Shown: one piece after another, positions 1 through 10,509 of the stretch
How positions within the stretch are numbered: position 1 is the first letter of the stretch
Layout: every line of letters begins with the position of its first letter
Assembly (NCBI GenBank): GCA_963788655.1
Contig: CAWBHS010000017.1
Coordinates: 1-64,000 of the forward strand
DNA from: an uncultured Verrucomicrobiae bacterium
GTDB lineage: Bacteria; Verrucomicrobiota; Verrucomicrobiia; Limisphaerales; JAFGQR01
Reading direction: 5' to 3'
DNA: 64,000 bases
Program-made: the position numbers and the translations under genes
Notes under the pieces: model-generated
What the model saw: only the letters and a program-made list of their open reading frames with translations
Database searches by the model: none
Told to the model about the DNA's origin: nothing

Positions 1-2400
1 TTTTGAGAACGTGCCCAAGAACGCCCTCGACGTCGCGTTATGGATGGAGTCCGACCGCATGGGCTATATGCTGGGCGCCATCGACCAGGCCAGGCTCGAT
101 GAGCAACGCGGCGTGGTGCAAAACGAGAAACGCCAGGGCGAGAACCAGCCCTACGGCCTGGTAAACCAGTTGATCACAAAAGGCACCGCCCCGGTCGGGC
201 ATCCGTATTCGTGGACGGTCATCGGTTCCATGGAAGACCTGAACGCCGCTTCGCTGGACGACGTGCATAAATGGTTCAAAACCTATTACGGCGCCGCCAA
301 CGCCATGCTGGTGATTGCCGGCGACATCGAAACCGCGCGACGCCATCGAAGGCCAAGAAGTATTTCGGCGATATTCCCTCCGGCCCGCCGGTCACCAAGT
401 TCGAAGCATGGATTCCCAAGATGACCGGCACCCGGCGCGAGATCACGCAGGACCGCGTTCCCCAGGCGCGGATTTACAAGGTCTGGAACATCCCGCCCTA
501 CGGCGCGGCGGACACGACGTATCTCGATTTGCTCAGCGACGTGCTGGCTTCGGGCAAAACCTCGCGCCTCTACAAACGCCTCGTTTATGACGACCAGATC
601 GCCACCGACGTCTCCGGCCTTCGTCGATCCTCGAGGAAATCGGCGGCCAATTCGGCATCGTCGCCACCGCGCGGCCGGGCGGCGACTTGAAGGCAGTCGA
701 GAAAGCCATCGACGAGGAACTGGCCCGCCTGCTGGAGAAGGGCCCCACGCCGGAAGAAATGCAACGGGTCAAAACGCAATACTTCGCCCGGTTCATCCGC
801 GGCATCGAACGCATCGGCGGCTTCGGTGGCAAGTCCGACATCCTGGCCATGAACCAGACTTACAAGGGCAGTCCCGACTACTACAAAACGATCCTGCACA
901 ACGTCGAAGCCGCCACTGCGACGAACCTCCGCGACGCCGGTCGCAAATGGCTGGGCGATGGCGTTTATATTCTCGAAGTCCATCCGTTCCCCGAATATCA
1001 AACCGCCCAAACCCACGTGGACCGTTCGAAGTTGCCGACGCCCGGATCGACACCGGAAGTGAAATTCCCCGAACTCCAGCGCACCCAACTCGCCAACGGC
1101 CTGAAGATCATCCTGGCCGAACGCCACGCCGTGCCCGTGGTCAATTTCAATCTCCAGGTCAACGCCGGTTATGCCGCCGACCAGTTCGCCCGGCCGGGCA
1201 CCGCGCGGCTCGCCATGGACATGTTGGACGAAGGCACGAAAAGCCGGACGGCCCTCCAAATCAGTGAACAACTTGGATTGCTCGGCGCCGACCTGGGGAC
1301 TGGTTCGGATCTGGATACGTCCACCGTTTCGCTGTCGGCCCTGAAAGCCAACCTCGACCCCGTCCCTCGATATTTTCGCTGATGTCGTTCTTGAACCCAT
1401 CCTTCCCGGAGGCTGAATTCAAACGGCTCCAAACGCAGCGACTGGCCGAAATCCAAGCGTGAAATGACCGAGCCCCGGGCCATGGCCATGCGCGTGTTGC
1501 CCCGTTTGCTCTACGGACCAGACCATGCCTACGCGAGTCCGTTCACCGGCTCGGGCACCGAAGCTGCCGTCGCGACCATGACGCCCGCCGACATGGCGAA
1601 ATTCCACCAAACTTGGTTCAAGCCCAACAACGCCACCCTGATCGTCGTTGGCGATACGACGCTAAAGGAAATCGTGCCGCAGTTGGAACAACGGTTCGCG
1701 GCCTGGAAAGCCGGCGACGTGCCGCACAAAAACATTGGTCCCGCACCGCAACCGGAGAAACCCGCCGTCTATCTCATCGACCGACCCGGCTCCATTCAAT
1801 CGGTGGTCGTTGCCGCCGATCTCGCGCCGCCGACCGGTGGGAAACACGAAGTGGCCATTGAAACGATGAACAGCATTCTCGGCGGCACCTTCACCTCGCG
1901 GCTCAACATGAACCTGCGCGAGGACAAGCATTGGACCTATGGCGCCCGCACGATGCTTTACGATGCCCGCGGACCGCGCCCGTTCATTGCCTACGCTCCA
2001 GTCCAGACGGACAAAACCAAGGAAGCCACCGCCGAAATGGACAAGGAACTCAACGGCATCCTGGGGAAACGTTCGGTCACCGATGACGAATTGAACAAAG
2101 CCAAGAAGAACGAAACCTTGACGCTGCCCGGCCGTTGGGAAACCAGTCGCGTGGTCGCAAGGTCCATCGCGGAAATGGTGCAATTCGATCTGCCCGACAA
2201 TTACTTTGAAACCTATCCCGGCAAAGGTACAGTCGCTGAACCAGGCCGAAGTCGAACAGGCCGCTAAAACTGTCGTTCATCCCCAGCGCCTCGTTTGGCT
2301 GGTGGTCGGCGACCGCTCCAAAATCGAATCCGGACTCCGCGACCTGGGCCTGGGCCAGATGCGCGTGATCGACGCCGCGGGCAAGCCGGTGGGCGACTGA
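1..2400 (+). CDS. M16 family zinc metalloprotease (insulinase/PqqL-like, four-domain), 5'-partial, split by about 5 frameshifts
   Basis: Consecutive ORFs 11-424, 271-690, 687-1382, 1464-2267 and 2206-2400 carry M16 motifs (LWMESDRM, VVQNEKRQ, HPYSW..IG, LANGLKIILAE, LGGTFTSRLNMNLREDKHWTYG). Confidence 0.9.
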
Positions 2401-2570
2401 GCGGGACACTTGGGCAAAATCCATTTTACCACGAACGCCGGCGGTCCCATAAGCCGCCGGCGAGCAATACCGGCAATGGTGCATGCAGACATCGCTTTGG
2501 CCTGGTTGAATCGATTGAATCATATCAATCTGGATAAGATGTTAACGCACCTCGTTTTAACGTCCCTGGC

Positions 2571-2759
2571 ATGAGCCAGCGGTATCGCATTCTGGCGTTG
2601 GTGGCTTTGGCCGGGTTCGGGATTTGGTTTTTTGTCCTGCGTTGGCCCCGGCGCGACTACGCCAATTTTCCACCGACGGTCGCGGGTCCGTGGGTGGCGT
2701 TCGGCGTGCATGCTCGGTGCCCGGCATTGGCGCTGGACAGGCCGCCGGCAATTCGCTAG
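2571..2759 (+). pseudogene. N-terminal fragment of a membrane-anchored GDSL/SGNH arylesterase-like protein
   Basis: N-terminal TM helix followed by YANFPPTVAGPWVAFG. The sequence breaks off where the GDS(L) motif is expected (about 2706). Confidence 0.45.
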
Positions 2760-2789
2760 GAACAGCAGCGTTAGCCGCGTCGAAACGCA

Positions 2790-3500
2790 ATGAACGACAG
2801 CCAACATTGGGAGCGCTTGAAAAGCCTGCTGGCCAGGCAGGCGGCGGGCGAGTTGTACGTGTGTGTGGAAGACCTCGTCCGCAACGGACTCGACTTGACG
2901 CGCTTCGCCGAAAACGAATTCCGACCGTGCCGTCAGGATGTGACGCAGTACCTGGCCGCCTGGGGTCGGCATGCCGGCTTCCCGCAGGAAGCTTGCTGCG
3001 AGTGGCTGACGGATTATTGCCTCGACATGCTGTCGGCCATTTCCAGGTCCAGCGGTTCGAGAATCCGGCACAGCACCAAGTCCAACGTCAAATACATCTA
3101 TGGTTCGGCGGTTCCGTTTTTGTGCGACTGCGAGGAGAATCCCTTCCACGCGCGGTGCCGCAGCGAGTGTCCGTTGCACGCCGAGATGAAAGTCAAATCC
3201 GCCGAACGAAAGGCGCTGGCGCTCCAACCCTACCAAGTCATCGAACGCCCGCCGCCGGTGGTCCTGCCCGAATACGTCCCGATCAAGAAACAGCATCGCG
3301 AGCAATTTGAAAAAGCGTGCCAGGTCATCCGGGAGTTGCTGGCGCAGAAACTCAAACTCAAGGCAATCGTGGACAAGTTGAACGCGGACGGATTCAAGAC
3401 CCGCACCGGCCGGAAATGGACTGGCGCGACCTTGAGTCGGGAAGTACGAGAATTGCCGAAGCAGCCGAAGGAGGACAACGGAGCGCAATCCGGGCAGTGA
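2790..3500 (+). CDS. Hypothetical protein with Cys-rich segment and C-terminal recombinase-type DNA-binding motif
   Basis: 236 aa. CDCEENPFHARCRSEC cluster; C-terminal LKAIVDKLNADGFKTRTGRKWTGATLSRE resembles the serine-recombinase Recombinase domain helix-turn motif. Confidence 0.65.
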   Translation: MNDSQHWERLKSLLARQAAGELYVCVEDLVRNGLDLTRFAENEFRPCRQDVTQYLAAWGRHAGFPQEACCEWLTDYCLDMLSAISRSSGSRIRHSTKSNVKYIYGSAVPFLCDCEENPFHARCRSECPLHAEMKVKSAERKALALQPYQVIERPPPVVLPEYVPIKKQHREQFEKACQVIRELLAQKLKLKAIVDKLNADGFKTRTGRKWTGATLSREVRELPKQPKEDNGAQSGQ

Positions 3501-3635
3501 GGGGCGAGGAGGGCAGGCGGCGGGACAAGTTGCGTCACCTTGTAGAAGATCGCAGACATTTCCGTCCGCCCGCATGTGAACGGGACTCCGAAAGCGAGCA
3601 ACCCCGGTCCAAGCCGGAACGATTCAGTCAAAAAG

Positions 3636-3782
3636 GGGAGCGCGCCCGCCCCGGGCGCCGTGGTTGGCGCCTCGCCAACCACTTTCGAGGATCCCAAGAG
3701 ATTCACTATTTAGTGGCTGCTCAGTCGCGTTGCCAACCGGCGAGAGCGCCGGTTGGCAACGCCCGAAGCGGGCGCGCTCCCC
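3636..3782. repeat. REP/MITE-like long imperfect palindrome
   Basis: GGGAGCGCGCCCGC...GCGGGCGCGCTCCC outer arms, each with an internal hairpin (GGTTGGCG/CGCCAACC, GTTGCCAACCGGCG/CGCCGGTTGGCAAC). Confidence 0.7.
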
Positions 3783-3941
3783 CAAACACAATTGCATCGA
3801 TACGGCTGAGGCCCCGCTTTCGCCGTGCGAGCGGACTGGAATGTCCGCGCTCCGTCAAAACAGGGATGCAGCCTGCAAGAGATCGCTTTTTGTGCGGACC
3901 GGCTTGACACTTGTACAAGCCTGGGCAAGCTCTGCCAGACT

Positions 3942-5201
3942 ATGTTGAGCACGAAATCTGATTTTGTTGTTGTCGCCGCGCACCGTCTCGGTTCGCGTTC
4001 GCTGCTTTGGGGCGCGGGAATGGTTTTATGGTTCAGTTTTCAAATGTCCGTCCAGGGCGATGACTGGCCCCGATGGCGCGGGCCGGACGGCAACGGCATT
4101 TCCCAGGAAACCGGTTGGCAATCCCAATGGCCCGATAACGGTCCCCGGCGAATTTGGGAGGCCAAGGTGGGCGTGGGTTATTCGTCGTATTCGGTGAGCC
4201 AGGGACGACTCTACACCATGGGCAACAACCACGACGTGGATTCGGTTTATTGCCTGGACGCGGAAACCGGCAAGACGATCTGGGAACACCAGTACCCCTG
4301 CATCGCCAAAGACCCCAACGGTTACCACGGCACCCGCGCAACGCCGACGGTGGACGGCAATCGGGTTTATACCGTCAGTCGGGCGGGCAACATGTTCTGC
4401 CTGGATGCCCGGGATGGAAAGGTGGTCTGGTCGAAGAATTTCCCCAAAGACTATGGCGCCAAAGTACCGCACTGGGGCTATGCGGGATCGCCGTTGATCG
4501 AGAAGAATTGGGTGCTGGTGGAAGTGGGGGCGCCCGGAGCAGCCGTGGTGGCCTTCGACAAGGCGACGGGCAAGGAGATTTGGAAGAACGGAGACGACGA
4601 AGCTGGCTATGCATCCTTGGTTGCGTTCGCTCACGCGGGCCAGCGCTGCCTGGTGGAATTTAGCAAGGACAGTCTGATCGGACGGAAGATGGCTGATGGC
4701 GCCGAACTGTGGCGGCACAAATGGAAAACTAGTTACGGTGTGAATGCGGCCACGCCGATTGTGCAGGGCAACAAGGTGTTCATCTCCTCCGGTTACAACA
4801 CCGGCTGCACACTGCTGGAATTGACGTCCTCCGGAGCGAAAGAAGTCTGGCGCAACAAAGAGATGCGCAATCACGTGAACAGTTGCGTGCTCTGGAAGGG
4901 CTACCTTTATGGTTTCGATGAGAGCCAGCTCAAATGCCTGGATTTCAACACCGGGGAAGTCAAATGGAGCGAGCGCAGCTATGGCAAAGGCTCGCTCATG
5001 TTGGCGGACAACAAGCTGATTCTATACAGCGACCGTGGCAAGCTGGGGATTGCCAAGCCCACACCGGAAGGCTTCCGTGAAATCTCGCACGCGCAAATTC
5101 TGGGCGGCAAAGACACCTGGGCGTCGCCCTTGCTGGCCAACGGCCGGATATATTGCCGCAGTCTCGAAAATCTGGTGGCGCTCGATGTGAAAGGGAAGTA
5201 A
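3942..5201 (+). CDS. PQQ-binding-like beta-propeller protein (BamB-like, PVC-type)
   Basis: DDWPRWRGPDGNG start of mature domain, repeated CLDAxTGK/GKVVW blades, WASPLLANGRIYCR end. Start codon uncertain. Confidence 0.9.
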   Translation: MLSTKSDFVVVAAHRLGSRSLLWGAGMVLWFSFQMSVQGDDWPRWRGPDGNGISQETGWQSQWPDNGPRRIWEAKVGVGYSSYSVSQGRLYTMGNNHDVDSVYCLDAETGKTIWEHQYPCIAKDPNGYHGTRATPTVDGNRVYTVSRAGNMFCLDARDGKVVWSKNFPKDYGAKVPHWGYAGSPLIEKNWVLVEVGAPGAAVVAFDKATGKEIWKNGDDEAGYASLVAFAHAGQRCLVEFSKDSLIGRKMADGAELWRHKWKTSYGVNAATPIVQGNKVFISSGYNTGCTLLELTSSGAKEVWRNKEMRNHVNSCVLWKGYLYGFDESQLKCLDFNTGEVKWSERSYGKGSLMLADNKLILYSDRGKLGIAKPTPEGFREISHAQILGGKDTWASPLLANGRIYCRSLENLVALDVKGK

Positions 5202-5227
5202 GCGCCGACGCCATGCGTCTGCCGTTC

Positions 5228-5346
5228 CAACGTGCTGCCGGCATCCTGCCGGCAGATCGAACGGATAAAGCCGCAAGGATTGGGATTAGATGTTCGAACG
5301 TGACCAGCGTACCCGGTTCTGCCGGCGGGACGCCGGCAGCACGTTG
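5228..5346. repeat. REP-like inverted repeat between convergent genes
   Basis: CAACGTGCTGCCGGCATCCTGCCGGCAGA ... TCTGCCGGCGGGACGCCGGCAGCACGTTG. The left arm recurs at 18101-18135. Confidence 0.8.
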
Positions 5347-5412
5347 CCGGCAGATCTGAGTGGGCGGCCGCTTTGTTGAGTATCGAAGCGGTGACTTCGA
5401 CGCCGACTCGTT

Positions 5413-6153
5413 TCATTGCAAGCCGGAGGGCTGCTCCAGTTTGGCCGGAATGCGGATGTTCGTGTATTTGCATCGCTCAAACATGACGAGGTTGACCGGG
5501 GCGCCCGTGCGCTTGGATTGGAGTTGCTGGTGGATTTCCAATTGCCGCTTGGCGGCGTCATTCCGCCCGGTGCGATTGAATAACTGGCTGAGCAAATAGT
5601 GCGCTAAGGGATGTTCCGGCTCGACCCGGACCACTTCTTCCAGCAGGGCGATCGCCGCGTCGAACTGCCCGAGTTCCTGTTGCGCCAGGGCCAGTTGAAA
5701 GGTCACCGCGCCAACCGTTGGATCGATGTCTTGGGCCTGTTGCAGGGATTTCACCGCGGCTTCATCCTGGCGCTCCCGCAAGTCAGCGCAGCCAATAACA
5801 TAGTGCGCCGCGGCCGCATTGGGGTTCTGCGCCAACACTTCCTGGGCGAGCTGGATGGCGTTCGCGGGGTCATTGGCCAGCAGGTAGGCATTGGCGAGAT
5901 TCATGAGCGCATCCGGATTGGCGGGACTCAACTTCAGGGCCTGTTGAAACAGCTCAATGGCCTGGGCGGTCTCGCCTCGATCGTAATGGAATTTGCCACG
6001 ATTGGTTAGCTGGATGAGGTCATGGCCGCCGGTGCGCATTTTGCCGAGAAGCGGGAATAGCACCAGAGCCATGACGACCAGAGACGCCGCCAGGATCATT
6101 TGCAGCAGCATCGGTCGCCGGGGGGCGGAGCGCTTGGACTCGCGGTGTTGCAT
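5413..6153 (-). CDS. Membrane-anchored tetratricopeptide repeat protein (possibly truncated)
   Basis: N-terminal TM helix, about 5 TPR units (AIELFQQALKLSPANPDALMNLANAY etc.). Confidence 0.8.
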   Translation of the reverse strand: MQHRESKRSAPRRPMLLQMILAASLVVMALVLFPLLGKMRTGGHDLIQLTNRGKFHYDRGETAQAIELFQQALKLSPANPDALMNLANAYLLANDPANAIQLAQEVLAQNPNAAAAHYVIGCADLRERQDEAAVKSLQQAQDIDPTVGAVTFQLALAQQELGQFDAAIALLEEVVRVEPEHPLAHYLLSQLFNRTGRNDAAKRQLEIHQQLQSKRTGAPVNLVMFERCKYTNIRIPAKLEQPSGLQ

Positions 6154-6200
6154 GGGAGTATCATCGAAAGCGATGCCGCGATGTCAACGCTGAGGATGGT

Positions 6201-6390
6201 ATGCTGGATGCTGGATGCTGGATGCTGGATGCTGGATGCTGGATGCTGGATGCTGGATGCTGGATGCGGATGCCTGGATGCTGGATGCTGGATGCTGGAT
6301 GCTGGATGCTGGATGCTGGATGCTGGATGCTGGATGCTGGATGCCGGATGCCGGATGCCGGATGCCGGATGCCAGATACTGGATGCCGGA
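6201..6390. repeat. Heptanucleotide tandem repeat (GATGCTG)n drifting to GATGCCG, about 27 units
   Basis: Directly visible. It produces spurious MLDAGCW / HPASSIQ ORFs. Confidence 0.97.
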
Positions 6391-6458
6391 GAGCAATCTT
6401 GGAATGCCGGCGCTTCGGTAGATTGCCGCAATCCTTCGTTGCCCCAATCTGCGGCGCT

Positions 6459-7157
6459 CTACCGAGGCGCCGCTACGGTTGGGGTGGTTTCAGCCTGGGA
6501 AGCCAGGCGGACGGTGCCGTCGGGCAGCAGCACCAACGGGGCATGGGGGTCCAGTTTTTCATCCGGTTTGGCTTTGACGGCTTGGGACCGCAACTTTTCA
6601 AGTTCTTTGGCTTTGACCGTCTGCAGCTTCAAGAATTCCACGTCGTTCAGCTTGTTGGAAAGGTCGTGGTATTCGACGCGCAGACCACCCAGTTCTTCAA
6701 GCACCCGACTGAGCCGCCGCTGCGTTGCCAGGAGATCCTGTTTGGTTTCCTTGAGTTCTTGGCGCACCGGTTTAAGCGTTTCCAGTTGATGGTTCACCGC
6801 GTTCGCTTCATTCCGCAACCCTTCAAGTTGTCCGTTCAAGGTGGCCACCTCGCCGTGCGTGTCCGCCAGGGTTTTTCTCGTCGAGGCCAACTGACTGACG
6901 GTATGGGATAATCGATTCGAGGCGGTGGCCAACTGCCGCACGCACACCTCAAGATTACTGGCTTGGAGGCTGTTGGTGTAGTGGAGGTCACCGATGGTTT
7001 TGAAGGACTCGGTTTCGGCCTTCCGGATTTGGTTGGTGAGGCTTTCGAGTTGTTGGGCCGTTTCGGCCTCCTGCTTTTGCGCACTGTTGTGGTTCAAATA
7101 CAACATGCCCACCAGCACAACGCACACGATGCCAAGAACAATAACGGAAGGTTTCAT
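6459..7157 (-). CDS. Membrane-anchored coiled-coil hypothetical protein
   Basis: N-terminal hydrophobic helix, then heptad-rich E/K/L/Q sequence. Start overlaps the stop of the upstream lipoprotein gene. Confidence 0.75.
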   Translation of the reverse strand: MKPSVIVLGIVCVVLVGMLYLNHNSAQKQEAETAQQLESLTNQIRKAETESFKTIGDLHYTNSLQASNLEVCVRQLATASNRLSHTVSQLASTRKTLADTHGEVATLNGQLEGLRNEANAVNHQLETLKPVRQELKETKQDLLATQRRLSRVLEELGGLRVEYHDLSNKLNDVEFLKLQTVKAKELEKLRSQAVKAKPDEKLDPHAPLVLLPDGTVRLASQAETTPTVAAPR

Positions 7158-8287
7158 AGAAAAGTTCGATTCAATGGTTGATTGCTTAAGAGCGCAACGT
7201 TTGTGCGCCGACTGAGGTCGCGGCGTGCGCTCGGGAGCGGGCTCGATGCTTGGGTGGCACGAGGTGATTTCAATGGTTCTGTGGTGAGTTTAGATTTGGG
7301 TTCCGCGGTGACTGGACGAAAGTATTTCAACAGGTATTTTTTGAAGCTCTTGATGCTTCGGCCGTTCATGTCTTTTTCAATCGCCGTGGTGGTGCCGCGC
7401 ACCCGCACCTTGACTTCCCGGGCATTGGCAATGGCCACGAGCACCTCGGGCGACGCAGGGTAGAGCGTGGACGTAAATCCTTTGCGACCGAGGAACAGGC
7501 TTGAGTTGGTGGCGGAGAATCCGTACCGGACGCCGTCCACCAGCAGGATCAGCGTTTCGCCGTTGGCCAGGGTGAAGTCCGGTGGGGGAATCAATTCGGT
7601 GTACAGGAAGTAATCGTGTACCGGCAGGTTGGTGGGCGCGATGGTCACGTTGGTAATGGCCGAGATAACGTAATTCGTGACGTAGTTGACCGCCAAATTG
7701 GTTTCGGCGGTGATCACCTGGTTAGTCATCGTGGAAATACTCACATTGTTTGAGATGGTGGTGAGCTGGTTATTGTAATTGCGGATAACCTGCGTGTTGG
7801 CGGAGGTTTGGTTGGGAGCCACGGTGGCGGTCTGGTTCGTGGAGAGCGTGACCGTGGTGTTCGAAGAAACCGTGGGGCTGGCCGCCACCACGACTGGGGT
7901 TGCGTCGCTCTTCGGGGCCGTCCCGTTGCCGGAAGCTGCTTCGGTTGCCGCAGTGTCTTCCTCGGCCACGGGACTGGGCGTGGCGTTGGTCATCCGGGTG
8001 ACAGTATAATTGGTGGACAGCGACACGATTTGGTTGGTGGTGGCCACGACCACCGGATTGGTCACGTTCACCACGTTCACGTTCGTCAACGCGGTTAGGA
8101 GTCGCGTTTCGCGCCGCGCGTTCAAGCCAAGCACGGTTTTGGCCAGGATCGTCTCGTGAACATAATTGCCCACCATTTGGTCCACTTTCACCGAGTCGTA
8201 GGGATCGACATGGGACACCCCTTTTCGCCGCGGCAACGCGCAGCCGGCCAGACCTAGTGCCAACCCAATCAGCAGAAATCTTTGCAT
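7154..8287 (-). CDS. Lipoprotein with long Thr/Asn/Val-rich repeat insert
   Basis: Lipobox MQRFLLIGLALGLAG-C; TN motifs at 8-residue spacing; globular C-terminal domain. Confidence 0.8.
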   Translation of the reverse strand: MQRFLLIGLALGLAGCALPRRKGVSHVDPYDSVKVDQMVGNYVHETILAKTVLGLNARRETRLLTALTNVNVVNVTNPVVVATTNQIVSLSTNYTVTRMTNATPSPVAEEDTAATEAASGNGTAPKSDATPVVVAASPTVSSNTTVTLSTNQTATVAPNQTSANTQVIRNYNNQLTTISNNVSISTMTNQVITAETNLAVNYVTNYVISAITNVTIAPTNLPVHDYFLYTELIPPPDFTLANGETLILLVDGVRYGFSATNSSLFLGRKGFTSTLYPASPEVLVAIANAREVKVRVRGTTTAIEKDMNGRSIKSFKKYLLKYFRPVTAEPKSKLTTEPLKSPRATQASSPLPSARRDLSRRTNVALLSNQPLNRTFL

Positions 8288-8615
8288 GCCGATCCTATTC
8301 CACAAGCCGGGCGAGGATGTCAAAAAGGGATTGCGTTCCCGGCACAACTTTTACAGTTCCGTAACGCTTTCCGCACCACTCTGTAACAAAGTTTAGCGAT
8401 TGACGCGCACGCGTTCCGGAGCGACACATAGAAACCCAGTGCGACCGAGCGGTGATGGAAGTGGGTCGTGGAAGCGTGGAAACGTGGCGAGTTGAGGGGG
8501 AACGAGGATGACTTGGCTTGCGTGCAAAAACGCAGCGGAAAGCAGCAGAGAATGAACCGCGCGCGGGGCCGGGTGGATTCAGACCAAATCAGATGAGCAA
8601 TCAAATTCAACCGAG

Positions 8616-10265
8616 GTGATGATCATGAAAAGACTATTGATGTGGCTGGTGCTTGGCAGCGTCGTCTGGCGACTGGACGCAGAACAGGTATCCCTGACCG
8701 TGGACACGGGCGCGTCTTCGTTCCAATTCGAATTGTGCGTCGCCGGGACGTGTGACACCGAAACCCAAAGCCTGCAAGGCAGCGTTGCAGTCAATTTGGA
8801 CAGCGACACGCCGACGCAAATCGCCCTCCAAGACTTCGACGTCCAGGCTATGGGCGACTACAATTTCCTGCTGAACTACGGGCTGTTGGGTCGCATCAAT
8901 GCGGCGCTGACCGGGCTGCGAGTTTACCACGCCGAACCTGAAGCGGTGCAACCGTTCTTTCCCATCACCGGGGATGCCTTCTCCATTACCAACGTGCCGT
9001 TCCTGACCACCGGGGACGGCACCTACACGGCCTCGGGCGCCATTTGCAGCATCCTGCAAGGCCAGGGCCAACCGTGCAGCACCAATTTCAGTCTGGCTTC
9101 ATTGGGCACCAACTATGCCGATACGGTGGACGGCACGGTGCAAGTCTCCAATAACATCGTATCCGTCCACATTTCCTTCGGATTCAGCGGTCCACTGGAT
9201 CCGAACAATCCGGATCTCGCAACCATCACGGGGACGGCCGACATTTATGCCTCCGGAAAGTTGTTGCCCGGGTTGGTGCCGCTCGGCTCGGAGTGGAAGT
9301 ATCTCGATGACGGCTCGGAGCGCGGCACGATTTGGCGGGTGGTGGGCTACAATGATGGCAACTGGTCCACCGGAACGGCGGAACTGGGTTACGGCGATGG
9401 CGACGAAACAACAGTCATCAATAGCGGGCCGGCCAACAATCACTACATCACCACCTACTTTCGCCGGGCATTAGACGTGCTGGATCCGTCGGTTTACACC
9501 AACCTCTTTTTGCGGATTCGGCGCGATGACGGAGCCATCGTTTACCTGAACAATGTCGAAATCTTTCGCAGCAACATGCCGACCGGCACGGTGAACAGCA
9601 CGACCCTGGCATCGTACCCAGTTACCGACGCGGCGGAAACTGCCTTCTTCGGTACCGCCGTGGATCCGGCCCGCTTGCGATCAGGGGGCAATGTGCTGGC
9701 GGTGGAAGTTCACCAGGTGGCGGCGTCCAGTTCGGACATCAGTTTCGACTTGGAACTGCTGGGCAACACCACCGTAACCAATACGCCGCCCGAAGTGTCC
9801 ATCGCGGACCCGGCCGACGGCGCGCTGGTTTCCGCGGGCCAGATTCCCATCACCATCGACGCCACCGATCCGGATGGACTGGTCGCGCTGGTGGAGTTGT
9901 TCGCCAACGGGAACAAGGTGGCCGAAGCCGGCGTGGCGCCGTTTGGTGTGGTGTGGACCAACACCCAACCTGGCACGTTCACCCTTACGGCGCGGGTCAC
10001 TGACAATTATTCGCTCATGACCACGTCCGCTCCAGTCACCATCACGGTAGCGTTGCCGGCGTTGAGCGTCGGCTGGGCCGGCAGCCAACTTCAACTCGCC
10101 TGGCCGGCGTGGGCTTCGAGCTACACGTTGTACTCGGCTACCAACCTGTCACCGCCGATCATGTGGGAGCCCGCATCGGTTGACCGGGAATCGACCAACG
10201 ACCAGGTGACCGCCACGTTGGAAGTGACCGACGGCGCGAAATTCTTCCGGCTGGAAGCTCCCTGA
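8616..10265 (+). CDS. Secreted multidomain protein (carbohydrate-binding-like jelly-roll, Ig-like domain, C-terminal FFRL motif)
   Basis: Signal peptide; GSEWKYLDDGS...TTYFRR..RRDDGAIVYLN..NVLAVEVHQ domain; NTPPEVSI..DPDG Ig domain; C-terminal LYSATNL...KFFRL. Confidence 0.8.
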   Translation: MMIMKRLLMWLVLGSVVWRLDAEQVSLTVDTGASSFQFELCVAGTCDTETQSLQGSVAVNLDSDTPTQIALQDFDVQAMGDYNFLLNYGLLGRINAALTGLRVYHAEPEAVQPFFPITGDAFSITNVPFLTTGDGTYTASGAICSILQGQGQPCSTNFSLASLGTNYADTVDGTVQVSNNIVSVHISFGFSGPLDPNNPDLATITGTADIYASGKLLPGLVPLGSEWKYLDDGSERGTIWRVVGYNDGNWSTGTAELGYGDGDETTVINSGPANNHYITTYFRRALDVLDPSVYTNLFLRIRRDDGAIVYLNNVEIFRSNMPTGTVNSTTLASYPVTDAAETAFFGTAVDPARLRSGGNVLAVEVHQVAASSSDISFDLELLGNTTVTNTPPEVSIADPADGALVSAGQIPITIDATDPDGLVALVELFANGNKVAEAGVAPFGVVWTNTQPGTFTLTARVTDNYSLMTTSAPVTITVALPALSVGWAGSQLQLAWPAWASSYTLYSATNLSPPIMWEPASVDRESTNDQVTATLEVTDGAKFFRLEAP

Positions 10266-10277
10266 TCAGCATGTTTC

Positions 10278-10378
10278 GCAGGACAGGCGTCCCGCCTGTC
10301 TCGGATTTCTAAACGACGTCCGATAGCCCGGCGGGGGCGGTCAGGGGACGTTCGGGACAGCCGAGACGGCTGTCCTAC
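10278..10378. repeat. REP-like element
   Basis: GCAGGACAGGCGTCCCGCCTGTC ... GACAGCCGAGACGGCTGTCCTAC arms. Confidence 0.75.
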
Positions 10379-10509
10379 AGGGCTTGCGTGCCCGCAGTCC
10401 ACTGCCGAAGCAGGGCGTTTCGAAAAACCTTGTTTCTGATGGAAGAAAGACTGAGCAATTAGCGCTGTTGGGGAATTCAAAATGAAGATTCACAAATGAA
10501 GGCAATGTA

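Noticed and set aside
6096..6911. ORFs with MLDAGCW / HPASSIQ repeats
   Set aside because: They are translations of the heptamer tandem repeat, open in several frames on both strands.
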